Shown: positions 45,680 through 54,621 of the stretch, piece by piece
How the letters are laid out: each line of letters starts with the position of its first letter
Position numbering within the stretch: position 1 is the first letter of the stretch
Source: Verrucomicrobiota bacterium
GTDB lineage: Bacteria > Verrucomicrobiota > Verrucomicrobiia > Limisphaerales > AAA164-E04
Reading direction: 5' to 3'
DNA length: 64,000 bases
NCBI GenBank assembly: GCA_047947115.1
Contig: CP170459.1
Location: 2,560,001 to 2,624,000 of the forward strand
Position numbers and translations under genes: made by a program
The notes under the pieces: generated by a model
Databases searched by the model: none
What the model was told of the DNA's origin: nothing
What the model saw: the letters and a program-made list of their open reading frames with translations, nothing else

Positions 45680-47418
45680 TGAGAACGCTCAGCCAGTTCG
45701 AGGAAATTTGGGTCGTCGATTTCGAATTCCGCTCTACCGATGGCGAACTACCATCTGTCCACTGCATGGTGGCGAGGGAATGCAGAACAGACCGGCTCAT
45801 TAGGGTCAGTTTCGAGGAACTTTCTTTGATGAAGGAAGCCCCTTTCGACACAGGCCCCCATTCGCTCTTCGTGGCATTTTATGCACCTGCGGAGTTTGGT
45901 TGTTTCCTCGAACTGGGCTGGGATCTCCCGACTAACACCCTCGACCTCTACGTCGAATTCCGATTACTGCTATGCGGAACAAGCGCAGAAAAAAAATTCG
46001 GACTGGTGGCCGCTCTCAACCATTTCAATTTGGCACAACTCATCCCAAGTGAAAAACAGGAATGGCGTGAGTTGGCAATGCGTGGTGGGCCGTTTTCCGA
46101 AAGCGAACGGGACGGCCTGTTGGAGTATTGCCAGCAAGATGTAGATGCCACAACGTTCCTGCTCCGCTCGATGGCGAAGCACATCCACACTCCACACGCG
46201 CTGATCCGTGGTCGTTACATGCAATCGGTCGCCCGGATGGAGCAAAATGGAATCCCCCTCGACACCTGTCTACTCGCGGAGCTCACTGGGAAGTGGGACG
46301 ATATCAAGACCGCATTGATTGATATGACGGACAGTTACAACGTGTATACCGATGGAGCATTCTCTGAAAAACAATTCGAGAGGTTGCTTGCGAACCAACG
46401 TATAGCGTGGCCTCGGCTCCCATCAGGGCGTTTAGAGCTGACAGACGATGTCTTCCGGAAGCAAGCTCAGGCTCATCCTGATGTGATTGCACCGTATCAT
46501 GAACTACGCGCCTCCCTGAGCCGCTTAAAATTGTCTAGTCTCAGTGTTGGCCCCGACGGCCGCAACAGGACCATGCTGTCCCCGTTCCGCTCCGACACGA
46601 GCCGCAACCAGCCCAGCAATTCCAAATTCATATTTGGACCGTCGACTTGGATCCGCGGTCTGATCAAGCCACCTCCAGACAGATTCATAGCTTACATTGA
46701 CTGGAGCCAGCAGGAGTTGGGTATTGCTGCGGCACTATCCGGGGACAAGAAAATGATGGAGGCTTATCTGTCGGGGGATCCCTATTTGAGATTTGCACAA
46801 ATGGCAGGTGCCGTCCCTGATCATGCAACCAAACAAACTCACCCGGCGGAGAGGGCCGCTTACAAGGTATGCATGCTGGCTGTGCAGTATGGAATGGGCT
46901 CGAATTCATTATCCCAACAGTTGGGCAAAACTCGTCATGACGCAAACCGTCTCCTGCAAGCCCACAAGGATACATTCCCTGACTACTGGAGGTGGAACCG
47001 AAGGATACTCGACCAAGGATTCGGCAGCGGGCAGCTAAAAACGACATTTGGCTGGCAGCGGTTTGTAGCTTCTGACGCCAAACCAGCGAGCGTAGGAAAC
47101 TTCCCGGTTCAAGGGAACGGTGCCGAGATGTTACGGCTGGCGATCATCAAAATGCATGAAGCGGGAATTCAGGTTGCAGCCCCTATCCACGATGCTGTTC
47201 TGGTTGAAGGCTCCTGTGAGAACATTCAGGAGATTGTATCCACAACTCAGCTATGTATGCGGGAAGCTTCCACCATTATCCTGAATGGATTCGAGTTGGA
47301 ATCTGACGTCAAGGTGGTGACATACCCGGATAGGTATATGGACGAAGACAGGGGTGTCCAATTCTGGAACAACGTCATGAGTCTAATCGGTAGGGAGGAG
47401 TGTCACTACCAACTCTAG
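45679..47418 (+). CDS. Stand-alone family A DNA polymerase (3'-5' exonuclease + polymerase, no 5' nuclease)
   Basis: ExoI VVDFEF, ExoIII YCQQDV; motif A DWSQQE, motif B RAAYK...QYG, NFPVQG, motif C IHDA. Confidence 0.9.
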   Translation: MRTLSQFEEIWVVDFEFRSTDGELPSVHCMVARECRTDRLIRVSFEELSLMKEAPFDTGPHSLFVAFYAPAEFGCFLELGWDLPTNTLDLYVEFRLLLCGTSAEKKFGLVAALNHFNLAQLIPSEKQEWRELAMRGGPFSESERDGLLEYCQQDVDATTFLLRSMAKHIHTPHALIRGRYMQSVARMEQNGIPLDTCLLAELTGKWDDIKTALIDMTDSYNVYTDGAFSEKQFERLLANQRIAWPRLPSGRLELTDDVFRKQAQAHPDVIAPYHELRASLSRLKLSSLSVGPDGRNRTMLSPFRSDTSRNQPSNSKFIFGPSTWIRGLIKPPPDRFIAYIDWSQQELGIAAALSGDKKMMEAYLSGDPYLRFAQMAGAVPDHATKQTHPAERAAYKVCMLAVQYGMGSNSLSQQLGKTRHDANRLLQAHKDTFPDYWRWNRRILDQGFGSGQLKTTFGWQRFVASDAKPASVGNFPVQGNGAEMLRLAIIKMHEAGIQVAAPIHDAVLVEGSCENIQEIVSTTQLCMREASTIILNGFELESDVKVVTYPDRYMDEDRGVQFWNNVMSLIGREECHYQL

Positions 47419-47485
47419 CCCCATAGAAAATTATTAATAGACCACTAGGATATCATAACAAGATTATAATAAGAAGGGGACGGGT

Positions 47486-47573
47486 CGACAAAAAAGCAGA
47501 GGTTAGGCGACAAAAGCGCAGAGGTTACACGACAAAATGGCAGAGGTTGCACGACAAAATAGCGGAGGTTGTG
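47486..47573 (+). repeat. Four tandem 22-bp iteron-like direct repeats preceded by an AT-rich tract
   Basis: cgacaaaaaagcagaggttagg / cgacaaaagcgcagaggttaca / cgacaaaatggcagaggttgca / cgacaaaatagcggaggttgtg. Confidence 0.9.
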
Positions 47574-47611
47574 GCGGGTTCGACGTCGGGGATTTGATGA
47601 TGGAGGAACGA

Positions 47612-47935
47612 GTGACATTGGACGAACCCAAGACGTCCCCCACTTCAAAGGGCTCGAAAAGGCCGCAGCAACGGCCGTTCATTAAGGGGCCAATTGATTT
47701 GGAGTGGATGCAGGAGGCGTGCAAGGCAAATGCTGCCCCCATGGCTCTCTATCTCCAATACAAGCAGGGGATTTTGGGGAAAGGCGCAAGGATTCAAATC
47801 CGTCCTTCCGAGTGCAGGGAATTCGGAATGAACGATAGGGCCCGACAACGCCAAATTGACAGCCTCGCCTCTGTGGGCTTGATCGTGGCGGACAGAGGCA
47901 ATGGCCGCTGCCCGGTTGTGGAAGTGATTACCTAA
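47612..47935 (+). CDS. Small winged-helix DNA-binding protein (candidate replication initiator)
   Basis: GGAGG at 47602-47606 before in-frame GTG 47612 (ATG 47597/47600 also possible); C-terminal FG...RA..R.I..L...GLI...R..GR.P wHTH-like pattern. Confidence 0.65.
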   Translation: MTLDEPKTSPTSKGSKRPQQRPFIKGPIDLEWMQEACKANAAPMALYLQYKQGILGKGARIQIRPSECREFGMNDRARQRQIDSLASVGLIVADRGNGRCPVVEVIT

Positions 47936-48073
47936 GAGGGTGGTTGATTGAACCTGTCGCCCAGCCAAAAGAGCCACTATTTAAGTTCCCGCATTCTAGA
48001 TGGTTAGCAATATAACGAACAACGAGCCAACGACACATGGCACAGTCTTGTTGGGACAGGCGGTTTCCTAAAA

Positions 48074-48101
48074 ATTTAACGCGTATACGTTAATGTTAAG
48101 G
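48074..48101. other. dif-like 11-6-11 recombination site candidate
   Basis: ATTTAACGCGT-ATACGT-TAATGTTAAGG; right arm matches the E. coli XerD arm TTATGTTAAAT at 8 of 11 positions. Confidence 0.4.
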
Positions 48102-48138
48102 TTCATAAAAACGAAGACTTTCACTTGGGTTTCAGCGC

Positions 48139-48768
48139 TCAACCCCACAACCCCTCAAACCGCGCTGCAGCTACCCGGGTATAATGGGCCGTATGTTTAG
48201 GGTCTCTGTGCCCCAAATAATCCTGTATCAGCCGCAGGTCGTAGCCCTGATTGGCTAGGTAGAAACCACAAGAGTGGCGAAGCGTATGAGGGTGGACATT
48301 CGCAAGCCCAGCTTGCTCTGCCGCTCGGGCAACGATGTAGTTGACCGACTGCCTCGTCAGAGGCTGGTCACGTTCACTCAGGAACAGCCACGGTAATCCA
48401 CTGGTCCGCTTTGCCAAGTATCGCTTGATAGCCCGCAACTCGTCCCCGGGAATAGGCTGCTCCACGGATAATCCGTTTTTGAGTCGTTTGACCCACAATC
48501 TAGCCCGCTTCAGCTTAACGTCGGAAACTCGCATGGATACGGCTTCACTGACACGTAGACCGTGGCGGTAAACCATCATCAGCAACAGGAAATCTCTTGT
48601 TCCGTGACGACCTGCCTTTGCCGCAGCCAGCAGTTGGTCCATTTCGGTTTGATCGAGGTAATCCTTGTTCCGGCTGCGCTGGTCAGCAGGGAGCGTTGAC
48701 TCACTCTTTACATTTCGCCTTTTGGCAAGCCTCTTCGGCCTGGCCTTAACTTGTTCGTTCTCAGTCAT
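48139..48768 (-). CDS. FimB/FimE-like small tyrosine recombinase
   Basis: RHGLRVSE (R), HPHTLRH (HxxR), LGH and Y in HYT; catalytic domain only, no N-terminal binding domain. Confidence 0.88.
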   Translation of the reverse strand: MTENEQVKARPKRLAKRRNVKSESTLPADQRSRNKDYLDQTEMDQLLAAAKAGRHGTRDFLLLMMVYRHGLRVSEAVSMRVSDVKLKRARLWVKRLKNGLSVEQPIPGDELRAIKRYLAKRTSGLPWLFLSERDQPLTRQSVNYIVARAAEQAGLANVHPHTLRHSCGFYLANQGYDLRLIQDYLGHRDPKHTAHYTRVAAARFEGLWG

Positions 48769-48959
48769 GGGAATGACCTGACTTTAAACCTTTTGAGCTA
48801 TTTGTAAAAAGTTATCTCCAATAAAATGCTGATTTCGGAGGGAGGGGGGGGCGTCTGGCTGAGTTAAACATGCAGAAGAGGCTTCGGGTCCCATCAGCCA
48901 CTTTTAATGAGTTTGAAAAACTCATTACCTCCCCCCACTCCGAGCTGAATAGTGGCGGC

Positions 48960-49299
48960 AAGAATGAAGAATGCCAAATCAATTCAAGCCCAGATGATAT
49001 GCATGGCTCACAATTTAAGTCTACTCATGGAAAATACCTTGGAACGGGATCATGGCGTAGTCAACGAAGCGGAGGAAAAACGTCGTGAAGACCGGTTGAA
49101 GAAAATGAAAAAGGTGGCTAAAGCGGCGGGCCGTCAATGGTCCAATGTGTATGATCGCGTCCGAAGGTTCACTAAACGAAGTCTGAAATTCTTCCGCACT
49201 CTGAGGGCCTATTTCTTCTTAGTCTCCTAGACGTCGCAAATGGCGGCCCGTCTTCGGCAACTCTACGCAGAGTTATGACCTGAATGTTTCACAACGATC
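48960..49299 (+). pseudogene. 3' remnant of a probable IS4-like transposase with internal TAG, plus element end
   Basis: K..QA..IC.AHNL C-terminal pattern; frame continues past TAG 49228-49230 to TGA 49276-49278. Confidence 0.5.
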
Positions 49300-49435
49300 T
49301 CAACAAGCACCCTTCTTCTTATGTCATTCCATTGTTCCATATCGGCATACATGCTCCTTTCTTAGCATGATGCCGCACTTTTCGACTGTCACTTTCCTGA
49401 CCCCGACCCGCCGCACTTCTCGACTGGCGCCCACA
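49300..49435 (-). mobile_element. IS21-family left end with truncated istA 5' end
   Basis: Minus strand begins TGTGGGCGCCA; two 17-bp repeats gccgcactt[t/c]tcgactg (49372-49388, 49410-49426); RBS AAGGAG then ATG 49352 MYADMEQWNDIRRRVLVE. Confidence 0.7.
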
Positions 49436-49466
49436 TCTAAAAAAAAGAAAGAAATCAGCTCCATCA

Positions 49467-51038
49467 TTAAGGAGACTTCAACAGGGTAAACTTGAAAAAG
49501 CTGTGTTCCGATGGGAGTGGAATCACAAGGGGACTCGCTACTTGATCAATCAGGGTATAGGGTCCAGAAATTTGCTTCGCCCCATAAAGAAGGATTTTGC
49601 CAAGCCATGATACCACTACATGCTGGTTAATTTCCCCTGGAACTTCAGCTAAGCGAATGGTCACAGGGCTGTGCTCGTCCTCAGCCGGATTTACGATATG
49701 GACTTGAAAACGTTCCTCGTAATGCATGCCTTCGGCCTCTTGCGCAGTCACAAGAATCTCTACGATGCCGGTTTTGCCCTGTGTAGGTTGGATAAGCAAT
49801 CTGCGTTGAGCCTCATTTCCGATGAACGCGAGTCCGGAGTTCGGAATCACTTCTTCATAATTGGAGGAAGCGGCCAGTATCAATTGCGCCGCATCCGTAT
49901 GCGTATCTTCAAGTGTCAATAAAACTTCGATGGGCTCTCCCACTGGACTTATAAAATCGGCAATGGGACCGATTGAAGGAGCATTTGGTATGGCCTTAGT
50001 GAGCTCTGAGTCCTCCCGTTCTAGGTCACTCCTGAAACTGAGCAACCTGCCTTGGTTCTCAGCGCCAGGAATGGGTGAAATTGCCAACGAAAAGTCGTCG
50101 GATAACGCGAACATATCTGAATCAAGGCTAGTCTGTTCCTCGTGAAGAATCGTTCCTTTCAAACTGTCGTCATCAGCGGTAAACGGCGGCTCCGTATCTG
50201 GGGATACGCTCAAAGGATCGGTGAAATCCTCATCCTGATCGGAAAACTCCCTTTGCTTATCATCGTTTGGCAGTCTTGGGCCCTCTGTAGCTTCCGTTTG
50301 CTTCTGCGCGGCTTCTTCGGTCCAGTCGATGCTCAGGGGGCGGTAGTTCGCCTTCACCGGTTTGACTATCGAGGGTATCAAATCGTCGTCCTGATCCGAT
50401 AAAGCATAAGGTTCGGGCGCTCTGGAAAGGCTTTTTGTCTTATTAGGGGAGGGCGGAGGTTCAACCAAATCCTTATCCACATCCTCAGTGCTTCCATTGG
50501 AAGCATACGTAAAGATTAGGTCGCCAATTTTTTCGACGCTGAATTCGTCGCCTTGGATTAGGAAACTGATTCGCGTTTCTCCCGGGGTCCAATCTGGATG
50601 TCTTACCCAGACACTGCTTATATCAAAGTCTAGGTTTTGCTTGGGTCCCACTGCCGTGAACTCCACATACTCCCGCGCGACATGCGCCTGGGAATTTTCG
50701 GACACAGAATAAGCGTGGGTTTCCAGCTCTATTCTGTGGTTGCCTTCAAGGTTTCCCCGCGCTTGAAATCGAATGGATTTGAACTGCAAAATATCACGAG
50801 GAACCGTCAAGGTGAATGTTGCTGTCTTCTTCCTTTCCGTTCTCCCGTCCCTCACAGGCGAGACCTTGATTTCCTTGATGGCGTCAGCTGTCGCAATGGT
50901 GGATATCGACATGCTTGCTGCCAACAAGGTAGCAAAGGGGGCGCAGCATTTTACCGTTGACCGTTGATTATAGAATATATTCATTGTAATCCATCTCGCG
51001 TTTGCACAAACCTTACAAAGTTGAAAAACCCATAGCAA
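49467..51038 (-). CDS. Secreted hypothetical protein with an acidic Pro-rich linker, an Ig-like domain and a short C-terminal beta domain
   Basis: Signal-like segment, D/E/P-rich middle, NAPSIGPIAD..SSN...IPN..L.F.G...R.L.I.P Ig-like repeat; start uncertain (possibly 50984). Confidence 0.6.
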   Translation of the reverse strand: MLWVFQLCKVCANARWITMNIFYNQRSTVKCCAPFATLLAASMSISTIATADAIKEIKVSPVRDGRTERKKTATFTLTVPRDILQFKSIRFQARGNLEGNHRIELETHAYSVSENSQAHVAREYVEFTAVGPKQNLDFDISSVWVRHPDWTPGETRISFLIQGDEFSVEKIGDLIFTYASNGSTEDVDKDLVEPPPSPNKTKSLSRAPEPYALSDQDDDLIPSIVKPVKANYRPLSIDWTEEAAQKQTEATEGPRLPNDDKQREFSDQDEDFTDPLSVSPDTEPPFTADDDSLKGTILHEEQTSLDSDMFALSDDFSLAISPIPGAENQGRLLSFRSDLEREDSELTKAIPNAPSIGPIADFISPVGEPIEVLLTLEDTHTDAAQLILAASSNYEEVIPNSGLAFIGNEAQRRLLIQPTQGKTGIVEILVTAQEAEGMHYEERFQVHIVNPAEDEHSPVTIRLAEVPGEINQHVVVSWLGKILLYGAKQISGPYTLIDQVASPLVIPLPSEHSFFKFTLLKSP

Positions 51039-51057
51039 CCTTATTTCCGATTACTTA

Positions 51058-52761
51058 ATGGACACCTGTTTTAAAGAAATGCGCCGCTTCCCCTTGACCA
51101 CAATGGCTCTCTGCCTGCTGATTTGCTACTACGGATTCGGTGAGGAATCAACGATTCGATTTTCCGATTTGACCGAGTCCAGCGGCTTGTTTTTTCAGCA
51201 CCACACTGATTCGCGGGGTAGGCTCATGCTCCCCGAGATCACCGGTTCCGGTGGCGCGGCGTTCGATTATGATCAAGATGGTGACATGGATCTTTACCTG
51301 GTTCAAGGCGCAGTCCTTGACATGCGAATGGCGGATCCTAGCCCTTCGGTATTTCGTGACCGCCTTTTTCGGAATGACTTAAAGGGGGGCGAAGTTCGTT
51401 GGACCGATGTTACGGAGGCGAGCTGCATTCCAGCGGGCGGTTATGGCATGGGAGTGGCCAGCGGTGATTATAATAAAGACGGATGGATAGATCTCTACGT
51501 GACCAATCTAGGTCGGAATTTCCTATTGAAAAATCTCGGAAACGGTCGGTTTGAGGAAGTCGCCTTGGTCGCAGGTGTGGCCGATCCGGGGTGGGGGACG
51601 AGCGCAGTCTTTGTAGATTTCGATCGCGATGGCTGGCTTGACTTGTTTGTCGTCAATTACCTGGTTTTCTCGGCAGAATGGGACCGTCGGTGCTACGCAC
51701 GGAACAGCGCCTTGGATTTCTGCGGGCCCAGCGCCTATGAGCCCGCGCCTGATCGCCTCTTCCGTAACTTGGGTAATGGTTCCTTTGAAAACGTCACTTC
51801 GCAAATGGGCTTTGACGCCGCTCATGGGCCGGGGCTTGGGGTGGTCGCGGGGGACTGGGACCTCAATGGCTTTCCAGACATCTATGTCGCGAACGATGGC
51901 GCTCGCAATCAACTGTGGCTCTCTCAAGGAACTGATCGCCCTTTTAAGGATGTGGCTCTGCTTTACGGGGCGGCGGTTAACGGCATGGGCGCGCCGGAGG
52001 CGGGGATGGGCGTAGATTCCGCGGATTTTGACAATGACGGCGACGAAGATCTTTTTCTCGCTCATCTCATGACTGAGTCTAACACACTCTACGTGAATAA
52101 CGGCAAGGCGTTGTTCGATGACAGAACGATTGCTTTGAACTTGCATGCGTCGAGCCTGAACCACACCGGATTCGGCGCCGGATGGGCGGATTTCGACTCA
52201 GACGGTTGGCTGGATCTGTTGGTCGCCAATGGCGGCGTCAAGACTATGGGTAAGCCGGTCACGTCCCGACTCAATCCCATGGCGCAACCCAATCTGGTTT
52301 TTCGTAACTTGAATGGAAATCGATTCGACCCTATCAGCCAAGCATTTCCGGGCGAGTTGCCACAATCGAGTCGTGGCGCCATTTTTGGAGATTATGATAA
52401 CGACGGTGACGTAGATGTTGTGATTTCCAACAACGGTGGAACTGCTGAGTATTGGTCCAATGTCTCCAACCATTCCCACCATTGGATCGGGTTTCAGTTG
52501 CGCGATCCAAGCCTTCGCTCAACTTCTTTGGCTCGGGTGAAGCTCACTTCCCTCTCGCCTGACGCATCGCCGCTCACGCGCTGGGCCCGCGTCGATGGGA
52601 GTTATTGCTCTGCTCGGGATCCGCGTGTTTTGGTGGGACTTGGTTTGTTTAACGCGGATTGTCGAGTGGAGGTGACATGGCCTGACGGGGCTGCCGAGGT
52701 CTGGGGGCCTTTGAGTCCTGATCGATATTGGATTCTTGAAAGACGTTCGCGCATCGATTAA
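51058..52761 (+). CDS. CRTAC1/ASPIC-UnbV family FG-GAP repeat protein
   Basis: Repeated DxDxDGxxDL motifs; C-terminal GSYCS..DPR...GLG, VTWPDG. Confidence 0.88.
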   Translation: MDTCFKEMRRFPLTTMALCLLICYYGFGEESTIRFSDLTESSGLFFQHHTDSRGRLMLPEITGSGGAAFDYDQDGDMDLYLVQGAVLDMRMADPSPSVFRDRLFRNDLKGGEVRWTDVTEASCIPAGGYGMGVASGDYNKDGWIDLYVTNLGRNFLLKNLGNGRFEEVALVAGVADPGWGTSAVFVDFDRDGWLDLFVVNYLVFSAEWDRRCYARNSALDFCGPSAYEPAPDRLFRNLGNGSFENVTSQMGFDAAHGPGLGVVAGDWDLNGFPDIYVANDGARNQLWLSQGTDRPFKDVALLYGAAVNGMGAPEAGMGVDSADFDNDGDEDLFLAHLMTESNTLYVNNGKALFDDRTIALNLHASSLNHTGFGAGWADFDSDGWLDLLVANGGVKTMGKPVTSRLNPMAQPNLVFRNLNGNRFDPISQAFPGELPQSSRGAIFGDYDNDGDVDVVISNNGGTAEYWSNVSNHSHHWIGFQLRDPSLRSTSLARVKLTSLSPDASPLTRWARVDGSYCSARDPRVLVGLGLFNADCRVEVTWPDGAAEVWGPLSPDRYWILERRSRID

Positions 52762-52776
52762 GGGTATTCGTTAATC

Positions 52777-54351
52777 ATGTGTTTATTTATGTTTTGCCAC
52801 AGTTTTCCATGGATGGGGCCCGCGCTGGCTGTCACGTTGGTAAATCTTTCCATTTCTGCCCTGGTTGCTCAATCATCGGAGGTTTTTACTAAGCCTGCGC
52901 TGATCACTGTTTTGCCGCCTGCTCTCGACGGATTGGAGGAAGCGGTGGCTAATCAAATTCAGGATGTTCAGATTCAACTCGGGGACCATGCCCTTGCGAG
53001 CACCACCCCACCTGACGAGGTAATGGAGTCATTTGGTCTGATGGGGCGTATTTACCATGCTTATGAATTTTTTGAATCTGCCGAAAGTTGCTACATCAAC
53101 GCGTCCAGGTTGGCGCCGCAGGATTATCGATGGCCGCACTTGCTGGGTGATTTGTCGGAGAAGCAGGGGGATCTTGAGAAAGCTGTCTTGAGTTTCAGGA
53201 AAGCTCTGGAGTTGAATCGCGAAAACGTTTCATCTCAAGTTCGACTCGGTCGCGTGCTGTTGGGCTTGAATCAATTGGGCGAGGCGCGGGAGGTCCTTGA
53301 AGCTGCTTTGAAATCAGGCTCCGATGTGGCGGCGGCGGCTCAAAGCCTGGGTGAGTTGGCTTTGGCAGAAGAGCGTTATGAAAACGCACTGAGTTATTTA
53401 CAACAGGCATTGAAGTCGCAACCCGCTGCTAACCGGTTGCATTATCTCATTGGTATGGCGTATCGAGGATTGGGGCGCCTGGATTTGGCGGAAAAGGCGC
53501 TTGGCCAAAGTGGCATAGTCGGAATAAGACCCAGCGATACTTTAGTTGATGAGTTGCCTGAGCTTCTTGCTGGCGAGCGCGTTTTTCTCATTCGAGGACG
53601 CGTTGCTTTCGGTGCGGGCAGGTTTCAGGAGGCTGTGGACGCCTTCAAGCAGGCCCTTGACGCCGCGCCCAGGAGTTTGCGAGCGATGATCAATTTGGCC
53701 AGCGCTTACGAGAGGAATAACGAACCTCAGGAAGCCAAGAAATGGTTTCGACGCGCCTTGGCTATAGAGCCGGACAATTTTAATGCTCACTTCAATTTAG
53801 GTGTGGTTCTCAAGCAGGAGCGGCGATTCGACGAATCGATCATGCATTTAAGTCGTGCGCATGATATTCAGCCAAATGACGTGCAAAACATATGGGAGTG
53901 GGCCCAGGCCTTGTACGAAAATGGCATGCACGACGAAGCGATAGTCCGGCTTTTTGGCTTAGCGGCCAAGGCCCCGGGTGAGGAGAACGTAGTGTTGCAA
54001 TTGGCGGTTTACTTGGTGGAATCGGAACGCCACGCCGAGGCAAAATATGTGCTGACCCAGGCCCATTTGCTCTTTCCTGATCGCGGGTTGACTGCGACGG
54101 CTCTGGCGCGATTCCTGGTGACCTGCCCGGATGATGACTTGCGCGATGCGGTTGTGGCAATTCCACTGGCCGCCCGAGTTTATCACGCGCAACCCTCTAT
54201 CGCACACGCCGAAATTTTGGTGCTGGCCTTGGTGGAGGCTGGCCGTAAGCAGGACGCGGTAAATTTTCTGAGCCAACGGCTTGCTCAAGCTGATGAGGTC
54301 GACAACAATTTGAAGCCGCTGCAGGCTTTGCTTTCATCATTGAAGGATTGA
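52777..54351 (+). CDS. Tetratricopeptide repeat protein
   Basis: Multiple TPR consensus repeats; usual neighbour of CRTAC1-family genes. Confidence 0.85.
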   Translation: MCLFMFCHSFPWMGPALAVTLVNLSISALVAQSSEVFTKPALITVLPPALDGLEEAVANQIQDVQIQLGDHALASTTPPDEVMESFGLMGRIYHAYEFFESAESCYINASRLAPQDYRWPHLLGDLSEKQGDLEKAVLSFRKALELNRENVSSQVRLGRVLLGLNQLGEAREVLEAALKSGSDVAAAAQSLGELALAEERYENALSYLQQALKSQPAANRLHYLIGMAYRGLGRLDLAEKALGQSGIVGIRPSDTLVDELPELLAGERVFLIRGRVAFGAGRFQEAVDAFKQALDAAPRSLRAMINLASAYERNNEPQEAKKWFRRALAIEPDNFNAHFNLGVVLKQERRFDESIMHLSRAHDIQPNDVQNIWEWAQALYENGMHDEAIVRLFGLAAKAPGEENVVLQLAVYLVESERHAEAKYVLTQAHLLFPDRGLTATALARFLVTCPDDDLRDAVVAIPLAARVYHAQPSIAHAEILVLALVEAGRKQDAVNFLSQRLAQADEVDNNLKPLQALLSSLKD

Positions 54352-54386
54352 GCCCCGTGGTGAACACCGTCTGTTCCGCATCGGCT

Positions 54387-54410
54387 AAAAAGAGGGGTCT
54401 TGCCCCTTTT
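54387..54410 (+). terminator. Intrinsic terminator candidate
   Basis: AAAAAGAGGGG-tcttg-CCCCTTTT after the TPR gene. Confidence 0.55.
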
Positions 54411-54621
54411 GAACATTGCATCATCATGGTGTCTATGCCCTGGCCGAGTTGCTGCCCAGCTTTGGGTGGCTTGGTTAAAGGCGTTGGTTTTTATATTCTT
54501 ATCTCTGGTCGAAAAGCCGTAACACAGATCTGTTGATGGTGTTCCAGAGTCAAGTCTCGCATTGGTAATTATCGCACTTGTAGTTACTTAAATCCCGCCG
54601 CGACGAAATAATCTTGTTGCG

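Noticed and set aside
45679..47418. Calling the polymerase the housekeeping polA
   Set aside because: It lacks the 5' nuclease domain, has divergent motifs and sits in an island, so no gene symbol is assigned.
47486..47573. 22-bp repeats as a mini-CRISPR array
   Set aside because: Units are contiguous with no unique spacers, and no cas genes are present.
43160..48768. Prophage
   Set aside because: No terminase, capsid, portal, tail or lysis genes are seen.
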